Source of the DNA: Laetmonice hystrix
Lineage: Eukaryota
Reading direction: 5' to 3'
DNA length: 64,000 bases
Assembly (NCBI GenBank): GCA_965235115.1
Contig: OZ249436.1
Coordinates: forward strand, 37,016,001 to 37,080,000
Made by a program: the position numbers and the translations under genes. The notes under the pieces were generated by a model. The model was not told where the DNA came from and searched no databases. It saw nothing but the letters and a program-made list of their open reading frames with translations. This document shows, piece after piece, positions 40,734 to 52,740 of this stretch; the stretch's first letter is position 1; each line of letters begins with the position of its first letter.

Positions 40734-43700
40734 TTAATGTAACTGGACTCACATATACATCCATCTAATTACTAATTAATGGAATTAATGTAAAAAGTTG
40801 CAAACTGACGGAAAACTTCACTATGTTTAACCACAAAGACTTGTAGACACACACATGATACCAAACGCCACTGCCATTTCTCAGATATTGAGGGAACTAC
40901 ACATTGAATGTGGCATTTCTGTCTCAACAACCCCCCTCATTTTCTCTAACAAGGTAAATGTAATGAATAATGAAGCCCTTGGTTAGTTGAAATAATGTTC
41001 CGAGAACAAAATGAAGGTGAATTTAATATAGTTTATGAATTGTGTATGATTCTGCAAACTTAGCACAGTCGTGGATTCACATATTATGCATCCACAGGCT
41101 TCTCAGTCAACGTTTGGAGGGGGGGGGGGATCCAGGTGTTTTTAAGGGGAATAACCATCGGTCCAAAACATATTATAATTGGATGATAAAAAAATTAGGA
41201 ATAACATAGTCCAAAATTTAGGGGAGGGGGCTAGAACTCCCTTAGCCACCCCTTGAATCTGCCACTTATGCACATATTATTTTTTAATATAGAAAGAGGG
41301 GGACGGATAGGAGAAGTATGAGGAGAAGAAGACGGCTGGTAATTGAAATACCGTGAACTCCTAGACTTGACAAATCACCAAGACAGTTCCCCCAGACCAA
41401 GAGCGTGGAATAATCACAGAGCCTTCTGGCTCTACTGATAGTGTTCCCGTGAGTATACCTCGGTCTATAGGTCATGTCATACCTGGATTAAATGCGGACA
41501 GGTCTAATCCGGTTTCAACGGTTCACGGATGGCAAAGGATTTCACTTACCTTAACCAATTACCCTGCTGCTCCCTCAGTGCTTCCCATGTGACATAGCCT
41601 TACTTTCATCTTTCGTTTCGTATCTTTCAAGAGTACGGGCGCTTCCGAAAGGTTGCTGGCACATACCAAGTAGATGATATGAAATATTCCTAGTAAAGGT
41701 GAAAATGTCAATTCTATGTTGGGCATGATTGCGTTATGAATCTGACCAATGTTTTCGGACTTCTAAAATCATTTGTTGCCTGTATTTTTGTAATCATATT
41801 CTATTACGATACTGAAGGGTGTTAACGTTAACTTCCTCACTGACCGTTATGCATCGCCCTAACATTCTCCCCGTGTAATCTTTCCTTGCCTATCTGTTCA
41901 TAAACGGGTCCCACCTTCCAAATCTAGACTATATATAATTTGTTCATCTACATCTGGGGCGCTCGGAGAAATGACTTCGAACGTCCGACCGGGGAACGCT
42001 ACTTCATCCACGAGGAGGTCTTATTTGGACCAGATACCGTGGTATTTACACACTTACACACTGTACGTCAGTAAAGTCAGGATGTCATCATCATCGCCAT
42101 CATCATCATCCCGGATCATCGTCGCAATCATCATCTTCTACCTTTGTTCACTCTCAGAGAAGCTATTTCAACTTTTTTTGGGGGTTGGGGTGATTCCTTC
42201 GAAATCCTGGTCCTGCTCCTGAGAAATAAAGCGTCCAATTTGAATTAGATCTTTCTATCAACCTGATCTAATCCATATTCAGAGCACTTGAGGGACCAGT
42301 GAGGAACAGAAGTCCGGAAGGGTCCAAATTCATCTGTGTCATGCAGACGATTGTGCAATCCAACACCCAACCACTTCTCTACACTCGCCTTCTCCCCATT
42401 CCTCGCCTCTATAGAACATAAACGTAAACATACACGTTTCAGTATCATACCAGGTTATAAACTCTGCAGCGCTCCCATGTCAGTATTATTAGGAGTTCTT
42501 CTAGTCGGCTTAAAACTGCAAGATGTCGGGTCAACTTTTAGCCTTCAATTATAAATCATATCGCTTGTTGTAATAGCCTGGCACGGCAGCTGGCGCCAGA
42601 GGCAAGTGGACAATGTAACATTGGAGATGTTCCTCCAATACCCTCCAGCCGCCGGCTTTCCATAATGAAGGGCGTGCTTGTACTATGTATGCAGGCATGT
42701 CTAGGAGGGTACTCATCATAGCCTTTCTCATTTGGAATAGAAATGGCCCGCTTCAGGTCGATCTCCGAATGTCTCTGGTCATCTAATACTGCAACTGGTC
42801 CTCCTGATCGCAGTCAGTAATAACACCTCATGTGCATGGGTAATATTTGCCGTCATATGCGCAACACGTACCGATTGTTGTGACGTAGCCCTAGGTCTTG
42901 GCAAACCGGCATGCTCCTTCGGCGCAAGAATATCTAATCAGAAATGTGCCCGCGAGAACCTATAGCTCGCACCCGGAGTGTCAGGTCATCAATTCTCATC
43001 ATCACCCAGAAAACACTATTGTGTTCTCTACCCATTCGGATGGCGCTCATTAATGTCATTTGATCGCGGGACCATGGAAGGGGCTCAAAGCACCCGGGAC
43101 CCGGTATGGGACAACTGCTCAACGGGCACACCTGATTCACTGATTGGATGTGCCCGCAGTCGCGGTGTTGGTGTCATTTGATTGGATAATGGTCAGGCGC
43201 CCCTCAGCCAGGCAAACTAGCACGAACAGTATGGTTCATTGGCATGCATTGGGGCTATCGCTTTTGCTAACCTCAATCGATCAGGCCGGCATGTTATTAA
43301 TTGTCTCTGCAACAGATGAACTTCTGAGAACCATGTCCTAATATAGGAAATAGTATAATGCACTGCTACATAATCTCTAGCAATTAATTATCTCCGACTC
43401 AAATTGTAATAATCATGTGAACCTATTGGTAATGGGTTAAAGGGAATGGCACAAGACCACAAAATAAGGCAATAAAGGTAAAGAGAGGTTGTGGGATCGC
43501 CATCTAAAAAAGGGTCATTGTTAGCTATAAGATATCTCAGTAATGAACTAATGGTAATGAACTAATGTCTGTTACTCTGGGGACACTAGCAATTTACTAC
43601 GTCCTCCTACAAAATTTGCCTAATATAACACATTGACATTATTCTTATTAACTTCAAAAAGGTAACGTGGTTATTATAGTCCGTGTCTGTGGTCAGGTCG

Positions 43701-44193
43701 AAACTTCAATAGGATTACATAAAATCTTCAAATTAGGCTCACACCAGTCAAGGAAAACGTGACATTATATATAATAGGTTATACCTTTTCGCCAGCGCTT
43801 TATTTACAGCATTGCAATTTTAACGAGGCAGCGCTCCTCAGTGAATGATACCGCAGTTAAATTGCTATTCGACAGGTGCCACGCATGTTTAATTAGGACA
43901 TAAATACTTCGTTAGAAGAATTGATTACGTAAACGGACAGCCACATGCCATCTTTGGAACCCAGACTAAGAAATTGACTGCGTATACTTGTGATTTCATT
44001 TAGATAACACCATTATCTTTTATTATATTTGCAACGTTCTCAACGTGTTCGAAAAGATAAATTATCACTGGGGTGCATTAGTTAAAATAGCACATGTATT
44101 CAAGCCTACAGAAATTATTTCTAAGTGAACCCTGTCACTCCAGACATGAGGCAGATAACAAGGACTATATAGTATCGTGGCTGGCAACATTAA

Positions 44194-44719
44194 AGGGAGT
44201 CGTAAAATTCATTTTTTCGATTTATGGCAGTCTTAGAAACATATGATTCGCATACCTTGGCCTCCCAGTAACATCATGTGAGACTGTTATGGCCCAGCGA
44301 CCAGTATTTAGTAAGGAAAATATGCCAAATCTCTCGCAAATAAGTAGCTCAGAATTAGCGAGTGGCCCACAGGATATTTGAGTTGGCCGCGGTCGGGCGA
44401 TGATGACGCGTGATCACGCGACTTCCGGGTGTGGAAGGGAATCTCCCTCTAGTCTAGCATTGACCTAAATACCGCATGTACACCCGGAAGTCACGTGATC
44501 ACGCGACATCATCGCCCGACCGCGGCCAACTCAAATATCCTGTGGGCCACTCGCTAATTCTGAGCTACGTATTTGCGAGAGATTTGGCATATTCTCCTTA
44601 CTAAATACTGGTCGCTGGGCCATTACAGTCTCACATGATGTTACTGGGAGTCCAAGGTATGCGAATCATAATGTTTCTAAGACTGCCATAAATCGAAAAA
44701 ATGAATTTTACGACTCCCT
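44194..44719. mobile_element. Palindromic Kolobok-type MITE (about 235-bp arms)
   Basis: TTAA|AGGGAGTCGTAAAATTCATTTTTTCGA...TCGAAAAAATGAATTTTACGACTCCCT|TTAA; arms near-perfect around an about 50-bp centre. Confidence 0.9.
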
Positions 44720-44776
44720 TTAATAATCAAAGTACTAGTATGGGTCTCCAATCCTTAATTCCTAATGTAGCAGTAA

Positions 44777-45801
44777 TTAAATCAAACAGCTGTAAACTTT
44801 CATAGTACCTTTTGTCATTTCAAAATCCTTCTTCATAATTCTAATATAACCATTGCTCGTCGACAGAAAAAGGCCACACGCCGGTATGTCATTGAAAGGA
44901 TCCTCATTATCCACTGGAAATATTACTTTGACATGACCAATAAAGGTGCTCAGTAGTGGGACCATTCCAAGCGATTGTTGCACGCAAAAGCACACTTACC
45001 GCTTATTTGATAAGAGTAGGGCCTTGGCCCGATGTTCGGGGTGTTCCTGTATGAGCTCATCATCTCCACGGGACAGAAAAAAAAGAAAACCCGTCCTGAC
45101 ATAAGCTTGCCTGTATTTTAAAGTGACAGAGTTGGTTGCGGGTGAACTTTGTAGGTCGAGTTTTGGAATAGTTGAAGCCAAAACGGAACCATCAGACCTT
45201 TTTTTAAAGTAGGCCCTATTGCAAACGGGCGTTGAGACATAGTGAAATTCGATGTATTCCAAAATATATTCTGTATACTCTCCATGCTGCTACAAGCCCA
45301 CTAACGACCAGCGAATGTCCATCAAACTAAGATAGAGACAGCATGGATGAAGTCATCAGACAGGCAATTTGTCAGTATGGATGCAGGCAATTGCAATTTC
45401 CTTCCACACAACTCCAACACAAGTTCCTTTGTAGATAGCACACCAACTCTTGTCAAGGATCCCTACTACATTTCCCATGTCATGGCCCCCAACTGGGCAC
45501 TTAACAACTCCCCTTCTGTAAAGACCCAACACCCAACGCCAAATTCATTTTTATTACACCAACCCCCAAAAATTCCCTCCCCTCTGGTCTCTGTGTCAAA
45601 AACACTAATACTCCCGGATGGGAGGGGGGGGGAGGCGGCAGTCAACAAAAACTCCGCTCGGCTTGACCGTCTGCATTCAAGAAGAACCAATCTACCCGGC
45701 CCTTCCACTTTTATACCCCCTCGGTCATGATATTTGCATAGCCCTCCGTCGTGCGGAAGTAAAACAAAATTTCGTCGGTTGAAATTTGCCTGTGCTGCCA
45801 A
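44777..45801 (-). pseudogene. Possible decayed coding segment of unknown family
   Basis: Three successive minus-strand ORFs (45466-45801, 44996-45262, 44777-44995); the last two are in frame across one stop. AG acceptor near 45808, GTAAGT near 45000. No recognisable motif. Confidence 0.25.
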
Positions 45802-45955
45802 TCATCTATGAATAGAAAACAGGAGAATGGAGAGTGAAACTATCTCATGTTAAAATCACTATAAAACAAAGAACGAAAGTAAACAAAAACACTGGATACA
45901 TGTCTTGGCCAATATTACCATATAAACTCTGCAATGCATCCATCAAACAATAATA

Positions 45956-46750
45956 TTTATGCAGGCAACACTCGGAAACAGATAATGTTGTTATTTGGGC
46001 AACACCCGTTTATTATAATATTAAAAATATAAGTTGGACAGTGAGCCCACACTGCACGTGTCCAACATTAATTAAAGGTTTAGGACAATTAGGTTATTTC
46101 TGAACAGAAACTGCATTGTCATGGGAATAGATATGGTAGAAAATTACAACTAACGATAACAATAAGTAAATGTCCATGAATTGGTATTACTCTTGACAGT
46201 GAGCCCTCACTGCACCGTCTCGAAACCATTAATGTCCCATTTTTGACAATGAGCCCACACTGCATTGTCATGGGAATAGATATGGTAGAAAATTACAACT
46301 AACGGTAACAATAAGTAAATGTCCATGAATTGGTATTACTCTTGACAGTGAGTCCACACTGCACCGTCTCGAAACCATTAATGTCTATGTTCCCAAATCT
46401 AAAAATAGGAACATTATCGTTAAAAAATATGTGTTAAAGGGTTAAAAATGTGTTGAACAGTTAAATGTGAGTGGCGACGCAGAGCCCATCAAACAGATGA
46501 CCTAAGGCGGCAGGTGGGGCGGTGGAGGCACTGAAAACCGTTACCCTGCGTGTCTTGAAGAAAGTGGGAAGATTCAAGGACAACGTCACGGTCGTCAACC
46601 GGTTGCGGCATGATGCATGATGGGATTCGGCGTGACATAATTATTCAACACATGACCCAGAAAGTTGTTGCCATGACGGCACTGATTCAGACAGTAGGCC
46701 TCTCGTGTTTTCCTGCATAAAATTCGTTGAACCTTCGATTACAACGTGCC
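45956..46750 (+). mobile_element. Short Helentron/Helitron2-type non-autonomous element (HINE), unit 1 of a head-to-tail dimer
   Basis: 5' TTTATGCAGGCAACAC; its inverted partner GTGTTTTCCTGCATAAA lies about 30 bp from the 3' end, followed by hairpin CGTTG..CAACG. T-rich target, no conventional TSD. Confidence 0.7.
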
Positions 46751-47646
46751 TTTATGCAGGCAACACTCGGAAACAGATAATGTTGTTATTTGGGCAACAC
46801 CCGTTTATTATAATATTAAAAATATAAGTTGGACAGTGAGCCCACACTGCACGTGTCCAACATTAATTAAAGGTTTAGGACAATTAGGTTATTTCTGAAC
46901 AGAAAGGGTGTCACCATCCCATTCTTGACAATGAGCCCACACTGCATTGTCATGGGAATAGATATGGTAGAAAATTACAACTAACGGTAACAATAAGTAA
47001 ATGTCCATGAATTGGTATTACTCTTGACAGTGAGCCCTCACTGCACCGTCTCGAAACCATTAATGTCCCATTTTTGACAATGAGCCCACACTGCATTGTC
47101 ATGGGAATAGATATGGTAGAAAATTACAACTAACGGTAACAATAAGTAAATGTCCATGAATTGGTATTACTCTTGACAGTGAGTCCACACTGCACCGTCT
47201 CGAAACCATTAATGTCTATGTTCCCAAATCTAAAAATAGGAACATTATCGTTAAAAAATATGTGTTAAAGGGTTAAAAATGTGTTGAACAGTTAAATGTG
47301 AGTGGCGACGCAGGCCACTAACCTGCTTGGAACAAGCAGGTGGAGCCACCCACAACACACAGTGCAGGGATGCAGGGAAATGAAACGCCTATTCTGCAAC
47401 CGATGCAAATCATCTGCTTTCCCTTGTTTCCTTGATTCTTTGAAGGTCAAGTTGAGTTAATGATTGTGTCACAAATATTATGGTATGAAACTCAACCATG
47501 GAGTTTCAAACATATTCCCCACACAGGGCAACTGCAAAAAGAATGGAGGTATAGCTCCAATAAAAACATCTTGTCGATCCAACGAAGATGGACACCGGCT
47601 AGGCCTATTATCTAGTCAGATCCGAAAAACCGCTCCAAATCCCATT

Positions 47647-48117
47647 TTAACTGAAGCGTCCATACGGAGTTTCAAGGAGACACCGCGATTGTTGGTGAAA
47701 AGCATTCTTTGCTAATATTATATGATCATACAGATCACACACGTAGATCTGCTCTTGCACCACTGCATCTGGCCACAGCAAGAATGGTCTGGAAGAGACT
47801 GGGAGTACCCAGTCGAGGCTCAGGCCGGGCCGAACTCCTATCTCCAACCTCCCTGAACAGTCGTAAATGGGAACCGTCTGGACACCAGCCGCGAATCCTT
47901 GCGAAATAGTCGAGGCCGACCCGGTTCCACTTAACACACAATGAGACGCTCCCTCTTGCATGGGGGCATGGAGATCGGAGAATTCCGTGGGAGCTTGGGC
48001 TTGGACCTCAATCGTGTAGTCGCCATCATGAACAGAAGCCGTACAAGGGAACATGGCCAGGGTAACAACCCGCTCATTGAAGTTGATTGAATTGAAGGGC
48101 TCATTGTAGAGCCAAAG
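47647..48117 (-). CDS. Unknown open frame (156 sense codons; 135 aa from Met) carried inside the long Helentron-like unit
   Basis: One of the longest non-repetitive ORFs in the window, in a GC-richer patch inside an AT-rich element; no recognised domain. Confidence 0.3.
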   Translation of the reverse strand, partial: LWLYNEPFNSINFNERVVTLAMFPCTASVHDGDYTIEVQAQAPTEFSDLHAPMQEGASHCVLSGTGSASTISQGFAAGVQTVPIYDCSGRLEIGVRPGLSLDWVLPVSSRPFLLWPDAVVQEQIYVCDLYDHIILAKNAFHQQSRCLLETPYGRFS

Positions 48118-48424
48118 TCAATGACAAAACTCCCAGATTGAATAATAATATATGTTGTGTATAACATTGGCCGAATAGGGGAAGTATAATATTATACTGA
48201 ATAATTCATTTAGCATAATGTAAATCGTTACGTAATATACGATTATGAAATTAAACTGATATCTACGAATTTGATGATAGAGATAAGCCTAGATGATATG
48301 TCAGTCAGTGGCGAAAAACCATGGTTTACATGTAATAATAATACATATACATGTATAATAACATAAATGTAATATAATATAAATTGAACGTAAATCAAAT
48401 GTTAGGCACACATGTGATACTGAT

Positions 48425-49760
48425 AGGCTGCTAATCCAGGGGAAACCCACGATCTCCCAATGGCCTATACGGCCAACAAAATATTGTTAATATTATAATA
48501 ATGTATCTCTGAAGCAGCAAAAAGTAAAATAAATGTAAAAGAGACTGAACATTCGAACTGCTGTCGCGCTGATCCAACAGAACACTCGATGGTCTCTCAA
48601 TGGCTGAGCCTAACAGTGAACACAACATTTATGTCGTGAACGCATCACATCAGTCGATGTAATTGCAACGTAAACAAAATGGTTAAATGTGAGCCAGATC
48701 CTAGATGGGCTGCAAACTCAGGACAGTCGAATCCCAACGATCTTTCATTGGCATTGGCATATATGCAGTGGCCAATATCAATTAACTATAATGTTGTATC
48801 ACTGAAGCAAAAATTATAATAATATAAATATTAAGAGACTGAAAATTTGCGACTGGTATGTCATATGAGGCCAATATCAAGTAAATATAATATTGCATCA
48901 CTGAAGCAAAGACAAAGTATATTATATAATCTCAATAAAAAGACTATGTATCGTGTACATGTCACATCAACAGTAATGAAGTAAAGTAATACAGTATGAA
49001 GTGAAATCAATCAGTCGGGTAAATGTGAGCCAGACATGAGAAGGGCTGCTAATTTAGCATAAGCCCAACGATCCCTCAATGTCACATCAGGCCAATATCA
49101 AGTAAATATATTGCATCACTGAAGCAGAGACAAAGTATAATATCTCAATAAAAGAGTCTATGTATCGTGAATATATCACATCAACTGAGGTAATATAATA
49201 TGAATTGAAACAAATCAATTGGGTAAATGTGAGCCAGACATAAGAAGGGGCCGCTAATCCAGCATAAGCCCAACGATCTCTTAATGTCATATCAGGGCAA
49301 TAGCAATAATATATTGTATCGCCGAAGCAAGCACAAAGTATTGAAACAAAATCAATTGGGTAAATGTGAGCCAGACATGAGAACTCAGAGAAGGGCTGCT
49401 AATCCAGGATAAGCCCAACGATCTCTTAAGGTCATATCAGGACAAAAGCAATAATATATTGTATCGCCGAAGCAAACACAAAGTATTGAAACAAAAATCA
49501 ATTGGCTAAAATGTGAGCCAGACATGAGAAAGGCTGCTAATCTAGCATAAGCCCAACGATCTCTCAATGTCATATCAGGCCAATAGAATAATATATTGTA
49601 TCATCAAAGCAAAAACAAAGTATTGAAACAAAATCAATCGGGTAAACTAAATGTGAGCCAGACATGAGAAGGGGGTGATAATCCAGCATAAGCCCAACGA
49701 TCTCTCAATGTCATATCAGGCCGATAGAATAATATATTGTATCACCGAAGCGAAGTAAAA
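48425..49760. repeat. Degenerate satellite array, irregular units
   Basis: Recurring AAATGTGAGCCAGACATGAGAAGGGCTGCTAATCCAGCATAAGCCCAACGATCTCTCAATGTC; more decayed toward 48425. Confidence 0.85.
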
Positions 49761-49789
49761 TGTAGCAATAAAAAAAAAAAAAAAAAAAT

Positions 49790-52740
49790 TAATAAAGACT
49801 GAAAGAAAATTGGAACTGCTGATCAAAGAGAAAACCCAATAGTTTCCCGATGACAGAGCCCAACACAAAAATATATACGAGATATAAATCCCATTAATAT
49901 CAATCATAATCAAATGTGACCAATAATGAAGAGAACCAAACGGTCTCCCAATAAGGTCTAAATATAGCAATAACAAGGTGTATAATGTAGCCATAATAAA
50001 AATATAAAGACTGAATAGAAAGTTGGAACTACTGATCAAAGAGAAAACATGATAGTCTCTTGATGACAGAGCCCAACACAAAATACGGGATATAAATCCC
50101 ATTAATATCAATCATAATAAAATGTGACCAATAATGAAGAGAACCAAACGGTCTCCCAATAAGGTCTAAATACAGCATTAATAAGGTGTATAATGTAGCA
50201 ATAATAAAAATATAAAGACTAAAAAGAAAATTGAAACTGCTGATCAAAGAGAAAATATGATAGTCTCTCAATGACAGAGCCCAACACAAAAATATATACG
50301 GGATATAAATCCCATTAATTCCAATCATAATAATAATATGTGACCAATAATGAAGAGAACCAAACGGTCTCCCAATAAGGTCTAAATATAGCAATAATAA
50401 GGTGTATAATGTAGCGATAATAAAAATATAAAGACTGAAAAGAAAACTGGAACTACTGATCAAAGAGAAAACATTATAGTCTCTCTATGACAGAGTCCAA
50501 CACAAAAATATATATGCGGGATATAAATCCCATTAATATCAATCAATCATAATAAAATGTGACCAATAATGAAGAGAACCAAACGGTCTCCCAACAAGGT
50601 CTAAATATAGCAATAATAAGGTGTATAATATAGCAATAATAAAAATATAAAGACTGAAAAGAAAATTGGAACTACTGATCAAAGAGAAAATATGATAGTC
50701 TCTCGATGACAGAGCCCAACACAAAAATATATATGCGGGATATAAATCCCATTAATATCAATCATAATAAAATGTGACCAATAATGAAGAGAACCAAACG
50801 GTCTCCCAATAAGGTCTAAATATAGCAATAATAAGGTGTATAATGTAGCGATAATAAAAATATAAAGACTGAAAAGAAAACTGGAACTACTGATCAAAGA
50901 GAAAACATTATAGTCTCTCTATGACAGAGTCCAACACAAAAATATATATGCGGGATATAAATCCCATTAATATCAATCAATCATAATAAAATGTGACCAA
51001 TAATGAAGAGAACCAAACGGTCTCCCAATAAGGTCTAAATATAGCAATAATAAGGTGTATAATATAGCAATAATAAAAATATAAAGACTGAAAAGAAAAT
51101 TGGAACTACTGATCAAAGAGAAAATATGATAGTCTCTCGATGACAGAGCCCAACACAAAAATATATATACGGGATATAAATCCCATTAATATCAATCAAT
51201 CATAATAAAATGTGACCAATAATGAAGAGAACCAAACGGTCTCCCAAAAAGGTCTATAGCAATAATAAGGTGTATAATGTAGCAATAACAAACATATAAA
51301 GACTGAAAAGAAAAATGGAACTGCTGATCAAAGAGAAAACAGTATAGTCTCTCGATGACAGAGCCCAACGCAAAAATATATATACGGGATATAAATCCCA
51401 TTAATATCAATCATAATCAAATGTGACCAATAATGAAGAGAACCAAACGGTCTCCCAATAAGGTCTATAGCAATAATAAGGTGTATAATGTAGCAATAAT
51501 AAACATACAAAGACTGAAAGGAAAATTGGAACTGCTGATCAAAGAGAAAACATGATAGTCTCTCGATGACAGAGCCCAAAACAAAAATACGGGATATAAA
51601 TCCCATTAATATCAATCATAATAAAATGTGACCAATAATGAAGAGAACCAAACGGTCTCCCAATAAGGTCTATAGCAATAATAAGGTGTATAATGTAGCA
51701 ATAACAAACATATAAAGACTGGAAAGAAAATTGGAACTGCTGATCAAAGAGAAAACATGATAGTCTCTCGATGACAGAGCCCAACACAAAAATACGGGAT
51801 ATAAATCCCATTAATATCAATCATAATCAAATGTGACCAATAATGAAGAGAACCAAACGGTCTCCCAATAAGGTCTATAGCAATAATAAGGTGTATAATG
51901 TAGCAATAACAAACATATAAAGACTGGAAAGAAAATTGGAACTACTGATCAAAGAGAAAACAGTATAGTCTCTCGATGACAGAGCCCAACGCAAAAATAT
52001 ATATACGGGATATAAATCCCATTAATATCAATCATAATAAAATGTGACCAATAATGAAGAGAACCAAACGGTCTCCCAATAAGGTCTATAGCAATAATGT
52101 GTATAATGTAGCGATAATAAACATAAAGACTGAAAAGAAAATTGGAACTTCTGATCAAAGAGAAAACAGTATAGTCTCTCGATGACAGAGCCCAACGCAA
52201 AAATATATATACGGGATATAAATCCCATTAATATCAATCATAATAAAATGTGACCAATAATGAAGAGAACCAAACGGTCTCCCAATAAGGTCTATAGCAA
52301 TAATAAGGTGTATAATGTAGCAATAATAAACATATAAAGACTGAAAAGAAAATTGGAACTACTGATCAAAGAGAAAACATGATAGTCTCTCGATGACAGA
52401 GCCCAACGCAAAAATATACGGGATATAAATCCCATTAATATATCAAAAATAATAAAATGTGACCAATAATGAAGAGAACCAAACGGTCTCCCAATAAGGT
52501 CTATAGCAATAATAAGGTGTATACTGTAGCAATAATAAACATATAAAGACTGAAAAGAAAATTGGAACTACTGATCAAGGAGAAAACATGATAGTCTCTC
52601 GATGACAGAGCCCAACACAAAAATAAGGGATCTAAATCCCATTAATATCAATCGTAATAAAATGTGACCAATAATAAAGAGAACCAAATGGTCTCCCAAT
52701 AAGGTCTAAATATAGCAATCATAAGGTGTATAATGTATCA
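49790..52740. repeat. Satellite array, about 205-219-bp unit, about 14 copies, with a 434-bp dimeric higher-order repeat
   Basis: Marker GAAGAGAACCAAACGGTCTCCC recurs about 14 times (49928 to 52677); near-identical ORFs at offset 434 (50539/50973). Confidence 0.95.

Noticed and set aside
49716..52237. Repeated hydrophobic 'membrane protein' ORFs
   Set aside because: They are antisense translations of an A-rich satellite; the frame changes between units.
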